From assembly GCA_041660165.1 (NCBI GenBank), contig JBAZWW010000002.1, forward strand, positions 43,290-107,289: a DNA stretch of 64,000 nt. Reading direction: 5' to 3'. Source of the stretch: Patescibacteria group bacterium. GTDB taxonomy: Bacteria > Patescibacteriota > Patescibacteriia > UBA9934. A program made the translations under genes and the position numbers. Of the stretch, positions 8,513 through 17,592 are shown in pieces (within the stretch, counting starts at the first letter, position 1; each line of letters starts with the position of its first letter). A model generated the notes under the pieces. The model ran no database searches and was not told where the DNA came from. It was given only the letters and a program-made list of their open reading frames with translations.

Positions 8513-9058
8513 ATGATCTCATTCATTGAAGGCATTTTGGCAGACCACGAAGCGGATGGCGTGGTGGTTAACGTCAACGGCGTTGGCTATAAACTTGCTG
8601 TTCCGCGAGTTACCTCGGAGGTTGGCGACAAGGTGAAATTCTACGTGGCCGAGGTCATTCGAGAAGATCGTTACGATCTCTATGGATTTTCGACAAGAGA
8701 CGAGCGCACGCTTTTTCATATTTTGACGGGTGTTCAAGGCGTTGGTCCAAAAATGGGTGCCAAGATCCTCGCCTCTGCCACGGCCGATGCCCTGCGCAAG
8801 CGCATCCAGCAGAGCGACGTCTCATTTTTCACCAGCATTTCCGGCGTGGGTAAAAAAACGGCGCAGAAAATCATCCTCGATCTTAAGGGTATTATTGTTG
8901 ATGGTGATGCTAAGGGTTCGATGGGCGAAAAATCCGATGAAGTGGTTGAGGCGCTTGAAAGTTTGGGCTATTCCCGTGAGGATATTTCTTCCGTCATGCC
9001 TCATGTAGTTGGTGAGACGGTAGAAAAGAGAGTAAAATCTGCGTTGAAGATGCTATGA
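8513..9058 (+). CDS. ruvA: Holliday junction branch migration protein RuvA
   Basis: MISFIEG, VNGVGY, LYGF, VQGVGPK, GVGKKTAQKIILDLK, ALESLGY. Confidence 0.95.
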   Translation: MISFIEGILADHEADGVVVNVNGVGYKLAVPRVTSEVGDKVKFYVAEVIREDRYDLYGFSTRDERTLFHILTGVQGVGPKMGAKILASATADALRKRIQQSDVSFFTSISGVGKKTAQKIILDLKGIIVDGDAKGSMGEKSDEVVEALESLGYSREDISSVMPHVVGETVEKRVKSALKML

Positions 9059-10029
9059 CCCCAGCGCAAGCATGGAACGATAAGATCCGACCCTTCCTTC
9101 CGCCCTTTGGCGGATTTTTGCAATCGTATGAGTGGGGCGAATTCCAAGAATCGCTTGGTTTCAAAGTGATTCGGATTTTCGAGGAATCCTCGAAGGGCAC
9201 GGTAGTCGCTCAGGTGATTGAACAACCGCTGAAATTTGGCAAAAAGTACTATTTGATTCCTAAGGGCCCACTTGGCAACGCCTCGCCAAAGACAATGATT
9301 GAGGTCCTCAAGCACAAACTCCCCAAGGCCGCTTTTTTGAAGATCGAACCTACCCAAAAAATAAAAGGTGGCGTCTTGATGCATGAACGGCATCCTCAGA
9401 CCACGGCAATGGTCAGTTTTCGCAAAAGCGGGGTTTCAAACCCCGCCCAGGTCGCGGACGATCTCCTCAATCGCATGAAACCCAAGACCCGCTACAACAT
9501 CAAGCTTGCCGAAAAGAAACATGTCACGATTCGTATTGCCGGTCCTGAGGCTTTTGGCGAGTTCATGGAGCTCATGAAAGACACGGCTAAGCGCGACGGC
9601 TTCTCGCTCCACTTGCCGGACAGGTATCTGAACATGCTCAAGGTATTGAAAGGAGGAGAATGCCGAGCGTTTCTCGCGTTTGCCGACTTTGAGGGCAAGG
9701 CCCTTGCCGTTAATCTCATGATCGACAGTTTTGGTGCCCGAACATATCTGCACGGTGCGTCGAGTAGTGAAAACCGCAATGTCATGGCGCCGTATGCTCT
9801 GCACTGGCATTTGATCAAAGACGCCGTTGAGAAGGGTATGCTGAGTTACGATTTCTGGGGGATCGCCCCCGTTGGCGCTAGCGATGATCATCCCTGGGCT
9901 GGCATTACTCGCTTCAAACTCGGCTTTGGCGCGGACGTAGTCGAAATGCCCGGCACGTTCGATTTACCGATCTCGAGTTTTTGGTACGGCGTTTATAAAT
10001 TGGCGAGAAGAATGAGCGGGCTTAAGTAG
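9055..10029 (+). CDS. FemABX-family lipid II peptidyl transferase
   Basis: FLQSYEWGEF, PKGP, KTRYNI, YLHGAS, YDFWG, GITRFKLGFG. Confidence 0.9.
   Translation: MTPAQAWNDKIRPFLPPFGGFLQSYEWGEFQESLGFKVIRIFEESSKGTVVAQVIEQPLKFGKKYYLIPKGPLGNASPKTMIEVLKHKLPKAAFLKIEPTQKIKGGVLMHERHPQTTAMVSFRKSGVSNPAQVADDLLNRMKPKTRYNIKLAEKKHVTIRIAGPEAFGEFMELMKDTAKRDGFSLHLPDRYLNMLKVLKGGECRAFLAFADFEGKALAVNLMIDSFGARTYLHGASSSENRNVMAPYALHWHLIKDAVEKGMLSYDFWGIAPVGASDDHPWAGITRFKLGFGADVVEMPGTFDLPISSFWYGVYKLARRMSGLK
9421..9452 (+). repeat. REP-like palindrome (family B), in-frame in FemAB gene
   Basis: cgcaaaagcggggtttcaaaccccgcccaggt; related copies at 14123, 34874, 58591. Confidence 0.7.
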
Positions 10030-10120
10030 TCTTTTAATTCTTACACATCGAGCATCCTATAAAAGCACGAAACCCCCGGACCGAATGTCCAGGGGGTAGA
10101 TTGCTCCGCACGCGGGCGGG

Positions 10121-10354
10121 CTAAGGAATCTTTTTGCAGGTTTTCTTCCAGGCTGACAGCACCTTTTCTTGCACGTCGAGATTGACTTGTTGCTCGGTAA
10201 CCATCCGTTGGAGAACGTGGATCGTTTGTTGTTGTGAATAGCAATACGAGCCAAGAAGAAGGACGATGAGCAAGAAGAACGAGGACACAAGAATGCCGAT
10301 GGGCAAACTATGGTGTTCGGGAAGAGATTCTACGTATGTATTATTGTTGGTCAC
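10121..10354 (-). CDS. Orphan single-pass membrane protein (77 aa) cassette
   Basis: GTG with ggaga SD, TTGACC-17-TAGTAT promoter, one hydrophobic segment, terminator ~10060-10098. Confidence 0.6.
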   Translation of the reverse strand: MTNNNTYVESLPEHHSLPIGILVSSFFLLIVLLLGSYCYSQQQTIHVLQRMVTEQQVNLDVQEKVLSAWKKTCKKIP

Positions 10355-10454
10355 CTTGTCTCCAAAACAGAAAATTATACTAACTCCTTCACGCGGCTTG
10401 GTCAATGTTCATGCACTTGTTCACACGGCTGTCCAGGTTGAACACAATTTGTAT

Positions 10455-10489
10455 CCTCCCCCTAGCCCCTCCGATTATTGGAGGGGGAA
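10455..10489. repeat. C-rich/G-rich REP-like element (family C)
   Basis: cctccccctagcccctcc..ggagggggaa; similar to 45094-45127 and 11941-11983. Confidence 0.6.
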
Positions 10490-10516
10490 GCGGGAAATGC
10501 GTGATATAATGCACGC

Positions 10517-11653
10517 ATGCGAATAGGCATTGACGCACGATTTTTTGGTCCGCGGGTGGGGGGAGGCGGTTTAGGCCGTTATGTCTCTGAGTTGGTGAAC
10601 CATTTGCAGGAAATTGATCATGACAATGAGTACGTTATTTTTCTCAAAAAAGAAAATTTTCATGAGTTCGTGGTAACTGGCGGAAATTTTTCAAAAAAGA
10701 TGGTTGATGTGCCGTGGTACTCGCTGGCTGAGCAGACAATCATGCCGAGAGAAATTGCTCTCGCCAAAGTAGATTTCATGCACTATCCGCACTGGAATGT
10801 GCCGGTGTTTTCGCGCGTGCCGTTCATTGTGACGATTCATGATTTGATCTTACTTGAGGATCCAGCGTCCGCGCGTTCAACTACTCGTGGCGCGTTCGTG
10901 CATGGACTCAAACACGTCGGTTTTAGGATCGCGCTTGAGAGAGCCATTCATGGTTCTCGCCACATCATTGCCGTTTCCGAAGCCACCAAACGCTCCATCC
11001 TCAAACACTTTAAGGTGAAGCCGGCCAAGATTACTGTTATTCATAATGGAGTTTCTGAGCCAAAGACGGGGAAGGGCGTCTCACTCCGGGACCTTGGTGT
11101 TGTTCAGCCGTACTTCCTGTACGTGGGCAACATGTATCCGCACAAGAATCTTGATACGCTCGTTGAGGCCTTTATGGCGGTTCACGCTTCGCACCCCGAT
11201 GCTCAGCTGGTGATAGCCGGGAAGTATGATGAGTTCGGTAAGAAATTGTCACAAAAGACCGCCGAGCTCGGCCTGCCAAATGGTGCGGTGCGGTTTCTTA
11301 ACTTGCCCACGGATGAGGAGATCGGTGCGTTATACCGCAACGCCGTCATGCTTGCGTATCCGTCGAGAATCGAGGGTTTTGGCATCCCTCCTGTTGAGGC
11401 CTTGCTCGCCGGAACGCCCGTGATGGCCTCAAACACATCCTCAATGCCCGAGGTCTTGGGCGAGTTTGTGAAATACGTTGATCCTGACGATTCACAGGAC
11501 ATGGCGCGCATCATGGTGGATGCACTCGTCCACCAAGAAAAATGGGCTGGGTTGAAAACGCGCGGAATGGACTGGGCCAAGAGGTACAATTGGACTACCG
11601 CCTCCAGGCAAACGCTGGAAACATATTTGCTTCACGGCCCGCGCCGGAAATAA
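10517..11653 (+). CDS. GT4 glycosyltransferase
   Basis: MRIGIDAR, TIHDL, YVGN.YPHKN, EGFGIPPVEA. Confidence 0.93.
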   Translation: MRIGIDARFFGPRVGGGGLGRYVSELVNHLQEIDHDNEYVIFLKKENFHEFVVTGGNFSKKMVDVPWYSLAEQTIMPREIALAKVDFMHYPHWNVPVFSRVPFIVTIHDLILLEDPASARSTTRGAFVHGLKHVGFRIALERAIHGSRHIIAVSEATKRSILKHFKVKPAKITVIHNGVSEPKTGKGVSLRDLGVVQPYFLYVGNMYPHKNLDTLVEAFMAVHASHPDAQLVIAGKYDEFGKKLSQKTAELGLPNGAVRFLNLPTDEEIGALYRNAVMLAYPSRIEGFGIPPVEALLAGTPVMASNTSSMPEVLGEFVKYVDPDDSQDMARIMVDALVHQEKWAGLKTRGMDWAKRYNWTTASRQTLETYLLHGPRRK

Positions 11654-11655
11654 TT

Positions 11656-14079
11656 GTGGAAAAAGAGGAAAACAAAAATGGCAAAAAGGTTATTCGGATC
11701 AAAAGAGGGGGAACACCCGTCTCTCCATTTATTGTTCGTCTTTCACATCCCGGCCAAGCACTTGAGAACGCGCGCGATCTGATTGCTGATCTGGCCGCCA
11801 GTTTTGTGATTGACGGTGATGATGAAGCGGGTGAGGCTGATCTGGTGGAAACAAGGTCTGCTGACGGAGAATGCATTATTGCCTTTGATGAGTTCAGAGA
11901 ACAATTGCTGGAAGACCGGCCAGTTTCCGCCCCCGAATCCACCCTGGCCCTAACCTTGGCTTCTCCTAGGATGGGAGGGGAATTCGCAAAATTTAAGGCT
12001 CTCGAAAAGTTCGACCTTCCAGATGAGCCCATTTTCTCTATTGTTCAAATAGCTCCGGTTGAAATTGATGTTGTAGAGCTCTTTGCGGATGATGGCCCTA
12101 CGGCGCTGGCTAAGAAGATCGTTGATCTCTTTTCTTGGAAGCGCGGACTGGCATCATTCGTGCTGGTCGCGTTTGTGCTCGCGGCCCCTTTGAATGCCGT
12201 GCAAGTCTTTGCCCACGCTCGCGGAACGGCAGACACGGTGCAGAATCAGGGGAAGTCCGCGCTTGAAGCATTTTTTAGAGGCGCCGGTTCATTGTCTGAC
12301 AAGAATTTCGATTCTGCGCAAAAAGATTTCTCAAGGGCCGCGGAGGATTTTGCTGACGCACAGTCTTCGCTTAACGATATGCACACGGCCGTAACGGCTG
12401 TGTTGACCGTCATCCCGCAGACTGACAAGACCATGAGTTCGGTCCGGGGGCTGATGAACGCCGGGGAGGAACTTTCCCAGACGGCCGAGATCCTTGCGCT
12501 GGCCGCGGATGACGTTGGCAGTCTCAAGTCCGCCACGCTGGTTGAAAAAATCGGCTTGCTGTCTACGTACGTTGAAAAAGCCGAACCGCATGTTGAATCA
12601 GCTGAGGCATCAATGAAGCGCGTTGATCCCAGTGTTGTCCCTGCCGAGTATTTCACCCGCGTTAAGGAACTCCAGGATAATTTGCCAAAACTGCACTCTG
12701 CCATGGGCGAGTTTGTCGAGTTTACCGACGCGCTGACCACGGTGCTTGGCGGTCATGGCCAGGTCAGATACCTGGCGGCCTTCCAAAACAACACTGAACT
12801 CCGGCCGACTGGAGGATTCGTGGGAAGTTTTGCCGAACTCGATGTGAAAGACGGTGCGATTGAAAAAATGAACGTGCCAACCGGCGGTTCGTACTCCGGA
12901 GAGGGCCAGCTGACGCAATATGTGGCCGCGCCGGGTCCGCTCCAGCTCTTAAAAGCCCGCTGGGAATTCCAGGACGCTAACTGGTTTCCGGATTTTCCTT
13001 CCTCGGCTAAGAAAATGCTCTGGTTCCACGGTTATGCCGGCGGACCCACTATGGACGGCGTGATCGCGGTCAATGCCACGTTCGTGCAGAAACTCCTTGG
13101 CGTTCTTGGGCCGGTTGAAATGCCGGCGTACGGCAGGACCATCACCGCCGACAATTTCCTGCTTGAAACGCAGAAGATCGTAGAACTGGAATACGATAAA
13201 ACGGAGAACGCGCCCAAGGCATTCATTGGGGATCTCGCTCCAGTATTACTCGATCGTCTAACAAGGGCTGATTATCCCACGCTTCTCAAAGTTCTCGATA
13301 TTTTGGGCAAGGGGATGGAGCAGAAGGACATCCAGGTCTACTTCCAGGACAACGCGCTTGAAGCGTCCATGGAAAGCCTTGGCTGGTCAGGTTCGGTCAA
13401 GTCAACAAGCGGGGACTATCTCATGGTAGTGGATACAAACCTTGGCGGAGGAAAAACGGACGGCGTAATTGATCAGGATGTAAACGTTGATGTGTCAATT
13501 GATGAGGCTGGCGCAGTGATTGATACCGTAACCATCAAAAAGACTCACCGCGGGATGAAGAATGAGCTGTTCCGCGGGTTGAATAACGTTGATTACCTTC
13601 GAGTGTATGTTCCGGAAGGGGCCGAGCTTCTTACGGCTTCAGGCTTCACTCCGCCCAGCGACTCGCTGTACAAGACGGCGAATGTCCCGCTTGGCATTGA
13701 TGAAGATTTGGCTGTGTCCATGAAAAATATCCGCAAGGACGCTTCGGGAACTGATATTTGGGAGGAAGACGGCAAGACGGTTTTTGGCAACTGGATGCAA
13801 ACCGCGCCGGGAACAGAGGAGACCGTGACATTTACCTACAAGTTGCCTTTGAAGGTTGAGCTGAATACTGAGCATTCGTTTTTATCGAGTGCTTCGCCGA
13901 TCTCGTATTCGCTTTTTCTTCAGAAACAGTCAGGCGTGGAAAAGCGCATCACGAATGTTCGCGTGAATCTCCCGCATGAGGTTCCAGTGTTGTGGACTTC
14001 AGCAGATGCTCAGGCAAATGTGACAGGGTACGCGACGAATGACCATGACGCTTTCTTTGGTTGGCTTTTTGCGCGCTAG
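11656..14079 (+). CDS. DUF4012-like membrane-anchored extracellular protein
   Basis: FQNNTELRPTGGFVGS, DANWFPDFP, NLGGGKTD, YLRVYVP, QKQSG; start uncertain (GTG 11656). Confidence 0.8.
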   Translation: MEKEENKNGKKVIRIKRGGTPVSPFIVRLSHPGQALENARDLIADLAASFVIDGDDEAGEADLVETRSADGECIIAFDEFREQLLEDRPVSAPESTLALTLASPRMGGEFAKFKALEKFDLPDEPIFSIVQIAPVEIDVVELFADDGPTALAKKIVDLFSWKRGLASFVLVAFVLAAPLNAVQVFAHARGTADTVQNQGKSALEAFFRGAGSLSDKNFDSAQKDFSRAAEDFADAQSSLNDMHTAVTAVLTVIPQTDKTMSSVRGLMNAGEELSQTAEILALAADDVGSLKSATLVEKIGLLSTYVEKAEPHVESAEASMKRVDPSVVPAEYFTRVKELQDNLPKLHSAMGEFVEFTDALTTVLGGHGQVRYLAAFQNNTELRPTGGFVGSFAELDVKDGAIEKMNVPTGGSYSGEGQLTQYVAAPGPLQLLKARWEFQDANWFPDFPSSAKKMLWFHGYAGGPTMDGVIAVNATFVQKLLGVLGPVEMPAYGRTITADNFLLETQKIVELEYDKTENAPKAFIGDLAPVLLDRLTRADYPTLLKVLDILGKGMEQKDIQVYFQDNALEASMESLGWSGSVKSTSGDYLMVVDTNLGGGKTDGVIDQDVNVDVSIDEAGAVIDTVTIKKTHRGMKNELFRGLNNVDYLRVYVPEGAELLTASGFTPPSDSLYKTANVPLGIDEDLAVSMKNIRKDASGTDIWEEDGKTVFGNWMQTAPGTEETVTFTYKLPLKVELNTEHSFLSSASPISYSLFLQKQSGVEKRITNVRVNLPHEVPVLWTSADAQANVTGYATNDHDAFFGWLFAR

Positions 14080-14080
14080 T

Positions 14081-15970
14081 ATGAAGAAGATCAAGCGCAT
14101 CCATCCAATCCGCAAATCGCCAAGGCGGGGTTTAAACCCCGCCCTCCACGCCAACCCCGCCAAGGGCATACAAGAATCGGAAATGGACGAGGGCTTGCGC
14201 GCAATTTATGGCAACAAGCCGGATGATTTGCATGTGATGACGTCTGGAGGTTCGCGTCTTACGTTTTTTTTGACTAGGATTGTGGCGGTACTCGCGGTTG
14301 CAACGGTGCTCGTGCTCGGCGGTTTATATCTTTCAAGCAAGGGTTTGCTCTTTAACCATACGTTTGTTCCGCTCGTACTTGCCGTTGAGGTTCCGCAGAA
14401 GCTCAAGAGCGGGGAAGCCGTGACCATTTCTATTCCGTATGAGAATCCGCAGAGCGTGCCGATCGCTTCACTTGAGATCAATGTAAACCTGCCCGTGGGA
14501 TTCCGCGTCACAAAATCCATTCCAGAGCCAACGGATTCAGCGGAGATGATTTATAAGCTTGGGAGCGTAAACGCCCACGACAAAGGTGTGATTACGATTG
14601 ACGGCCTTTGGTTGACGAGCACTCCGTCAACATCCGGCGTTCAAGCCATTGCCAGCTATAAGCCGGCCAATTTTGATTCTGATTTTTCGCAGATCGCCTC
14701 GGCTAATGTGGAAACTACGGACAGTGTGCTGACAACTAAGATGGAAGGTCCAGACACGGCCGCTCCGGGCGCGCCGATTAGCTACTCGGTGACGGTTACG
14801 AACACGGGAACTACCATCGTCTCCGGTGCGACCCTTGATCTAACTCTCCCCGTTGGCTTTTCTGTCTCAAAGAGCACGCCGGCCTTTGCGCCGGGGGACT
14901 TACCGCGGTGGTTGCTTGGTGATCTGAAACCGGCAGGCGAGGCCAAGGTTTCCGTTCTTGGCGTTTACGCCTCTGATGTGAACGGTTCATCGGGTGTTTC
15001 GGCAGTGATTTCGCTTTCCTCAACCGCCACCGCCAGCCAGCCCGTCCATTTACTGACGCAGGCTGAGACCTCGGTTAGTACAAACGTGAGTGGCGGAAAC
15101 ATTCGCCTGTCGCTCGTGGCGAACGGTTTGACGGGTGATGTCACAGTTGAACCTGGCAAGGATTTACGTCTTGGTTTCAGACTTGAAAACACCGGCACTA
15201 TGCCGATTATTGATGCCGTAGTTTTGCTCGACTTCCAGCCAGATAAGGGCGTGCCGATTGTTTGGGCCAAGGCGTCTCTTGACGGTGGAGTGATGACTAA
15301 GGATGGCATCCTGTTTGATGCAAAAAAAATCGGTATCGTGAACCCGAATGAGAAGAAAACCTTTAACTTGTCATTCCCAATCAAAGCAGAGCTGACCGCT
15401 ACGGACGCGCAGTCCTTTTCAGCCGTGGCCAGGGCTACAACTGCCGGCTCGACCATTCTCTCAACTCCCGTGAATGCCAAGGTAAACGCCACCGTGGCCT
15501 TTGCCGGCACAGCTCACTATTATTCTACTGACGGCGCAGCCATTGGCACGGGTCCCATGCCCCCGCAGGTTGGCCAGGCTACTTCTTATGAGGTCATGTG
15601 GACCGTCACGCATGGTTTGCACGCGCTTGAAAATCTTGCCGTCACCGCCGTTCTCCCCACGGGCGTCACTTTCTCTGCTCAGCAAGCTGCGGACGCTGGC
15701 GCGGTGACTTTTGACGAGGCCACCCGCACCGTTCACTGGGACGTGTCTGCTATCACTGCTGGCGCCTCCGCCCTTCACGCCAAATTCTACGTCACCGCCA
15801 CGCCTGAAGCCTCAGACGCCGGCAAACTCATGAAACTCCTTGGTAGTAGCTCTCTTCGAGTAACTGACTCTGACACTCAAGCGCGGATTGACAGAGATCT
15901 TGATCCCATGACGACTGAGCTTCCACTCGACACCTTTGCCGTGGGAAAGGGGATAGTCGTAGCGCCGTAG
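14081..15970 (+). CDS. Membrane-anchored Ig-like/DUF11-repeat surface protein
   Basis: N-terminal TM; beta-rich repeats (ISYSVTVTNTG, LTLPVGF, GPMPPQVGQATSY). Confidence 0.75.
   Translation: MKKIKRIHPIRKSPRRGLNPALHANPAKGIQESEMDEGLRAIYGNKPDDLHVMTSGGSRLTFFLTRIVAVLAVATVLVLGGLYLSSKGLLFNHTFVPLVLAVEVPQKLKSGEAVTISIPYENPQSVPIASLEINVNLPVGFRVTKSIPEPTDSAEMIYKLGSVNAHDKGVITIDGLWLTSTPSTSGVQAIASYKPANFDSDFSQIASANVETTDSVLTTKMEGPDTAAPGAPISYSVTVTNTGTTIVSGATLDLTLPVGFSVSKSTPAFAPGDLPRWLLGDLKPAGEAKVSVLGVYASDVNGSSGVSAVISLSSTATASQPVHLLTQAETSVSTNVSGGNIRLSLVANGLTGDVTVEPGKDLRLGFRLENTGTMPIIDAVVLLDFQPDKGVPIVWAKASLDGGVMTKDGILFDAKKIGIVNPNEKKTFNLSFPIKAELTATDAQSFSAVARATTAGSTILSTPVNAKVNATVAFAGTAHYYSTDGAAIGTGPMPPQVGQATSYEVMWTVTHGLHALENLAVTAVLPTGVTFSAQQAADAGAVTFDEATRTVHWDVSAITAGASALHAKFYVTATPEASDAGKLMKLLGSSSLRVTDSDTQARIDRDLDPMTTELPLDTFAVGKGIVVAP
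14123..14144. repeat. REP-like palindrome (family B), in-frame
   Basis: aggcggggtttaaaccccgccc. Confidence 0.65.
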
Positions 15971-15980
15971 GCCGTGTATC

Positions 15981-16014
15981 CCATCCTGAGCGACAGCGAA
16001 GGATCTAGAGATGG
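15981..16014 (+). repeat. REP-like element (family A, single unit)
   Basis: ccatcctgagcgacagcgaaggatctagagatgg. Confidence 0.8.
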
Positions 16015-16049
16015 TAGGTATTTTAGATATTGTGTAGGATAAATGTCAT

Positions 16050-16703
16050 ATGAAAACCGTCCTCATCACCGGTATTAGTCGTGGAATTGGCCGGGCGCTT
16101 GCTGAGAAGTTTCTTGAAAATGGTGATGTTGTGATTGGCACGTCAAGAACTGGTTCCGTTGATTTTGTTCACGAGAACCTGACAGTTATAGGGCTGGAGC
16201 TGACAGCTCCTGCCAGTATTGAGGCATGCGCAAAGAGCGTCCAGACGCTTGGGAAGAAGATTGATATTTTTATAAACAATGCCGGAGTGTGGGATGAGGG
16301 TGATGATACGGAAGAGGTGAATATTCCGGCCCTCCGCCGAACACTTGAGGTGAATCTTATTGCGCCCATTGCCTTCACTGAACAAATTCTTCAGCTCGTG
16401 AACCGCCGTGGACACATTGTGAATATTTCTTCCCGCCGGGGTTCGCTGGCTAATTTGAATGATACAAAATATCCGTCGTACAGTATTTCAAAAACGGCTT
16501 TGAACATGTTTACTCGGCTCCTGGCCGTTCGACTTGAGGGAAGAATCACCGTTTCTTCTGTTCATCCCGGCTCAGTCAAAACTGACATGAACCCCGACGG
16601 GAAGATATCTGCTCAAGAATCCGCTGACGATATCTTCAAACTCGCAAATTCAGATGTTGAGACCGGGCAATTCTGGTTTAAGGGCGAGAAGATGGCGTGG
16701 TAG
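16050..16703 (+). CDS. Short-chain dehydrogenase/reductase
   Basis: TGISRGIG, NNAG, YSISK, HPGSVKTDM. Confidence 0.93.
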   Translation: MKTVLITGISRGIGRALAEKFLENGDVVIGTSRTGSVDFVHENLTVIGLELTAPASIEACAKSVQTLGKKIDIFINNAGVWDEGDDTEEVNIPALRRTLEVNLIAPIAFTEQILQLVNRRGHIVNISSRRGSLANLNDTKYPSYSISKTALNMFTRLLAVRLEGRITVSSVHPGSVKTDMNPDGKISAQESADDIFKLANSDVETGQFWFKGEKMAW

Positions 16704-16705
16704 AT

Positions 16706-17530
16706 TTATTTCAACAATTTTCTAACTGTATTATTTGTTATCAACGACTTCATTTGGGTGATAGCAATTTCGTTTAGTTTGAGTAGCCGATCGCTTTGTG
16801 TTATCCCCATCTTAATAAACTCGGCATTGAAGCTTTCGAGGTTCGCTAGACAGACTAGTTGATGGACATCGGCATAATCCCGAATGTTACCGTCTTTGCC
16901 TCTGTGTTTTGCCCGCCATTGTTGAGCGGTCATGCCAAAGAGCGACATGTTGAGCACATCAGCCTCAGTTGCGTACGCTTTAGTTGCCTCGGCGAGAGAT
17001 AGCTTTTGCGGAATGACGACATTCTCTTTTATAGAATCTGTGTGAATCTTGTAGTTAATTTTCGTGAGCATGCGTTTGGCATCCCAGCCTACTGCCAAGC
17101 GTTCGTTTTCTTCTACCTTGAGTCTTTGGAACTCCTTTATGAGATAGAGCTTGAATTCCGGAGAAATCCAGGTGGCGAATTCAAAGGCGATGTCCTTGTG
17201 GGCAAATGTTCCTCCGCCATAACGGCCAGATTTGGTCAAAATACCGGTTGCATTGACTGCTTCAATCCAGCGCTTGGGCGTCAGAGAAAAGCTATTCGCG
17301 CCAGCACTGTTTTTAAACCCCTCGAATTCGAGGGGTTTAAAAGAGGGATTATTAATTTGTTCCCAAATTCCCAAAAATTCAATAGTATCCATTGTTCGCA
17401 TCCAATTCTGAATGAGATGATCCGTTCGATCCGTGTCCGTGTATCTCGCGATATCGGTTAACGAAATATAATCGGTCTCATTTTGGTTGAAAGTATGTAT
17501 TTGCAGTCCCAGGGTAATGATTTTCTTCAT
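16706..17530 (-). CDS. KilA-N domain DNA-binding protein
   Basis: YISLTDIA, IQNWMR, GRYGGGTFAHKDIAFEFATWISPEFKLYLIKEFQRLK. Confidence 0.9.
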   Translation of the reverse strand: MKKIITLGLQIHTFNQNETDYISLTDIARYTDTDRTDHLIQNWMRTMDTIEFLGIWEQINNPSFKPLEFEGFKNSAGANSFSLTPKRWIEAVNATGILTKSGRYGGGTFAHKDIAFEFATWISPEFKLYLIKEFQRLKVEENERLAVGWDAKRMLTKINYKIHTDSIKENVVIPQKLSLAEATKAYATEADVLNMSLFGMTAQQWRAKHRGKDGNIRDYADVHQLVCLANLESFNAEFIKMGITQSDRLLKLNEIAITQMKSLITNNTVRKLLK

Positions 17531-17592
17531 ATCAATGGATGATGCATCAAGCCTCTTTAATGTTACTGAATTCCGTGACATTAGAATGTAGA

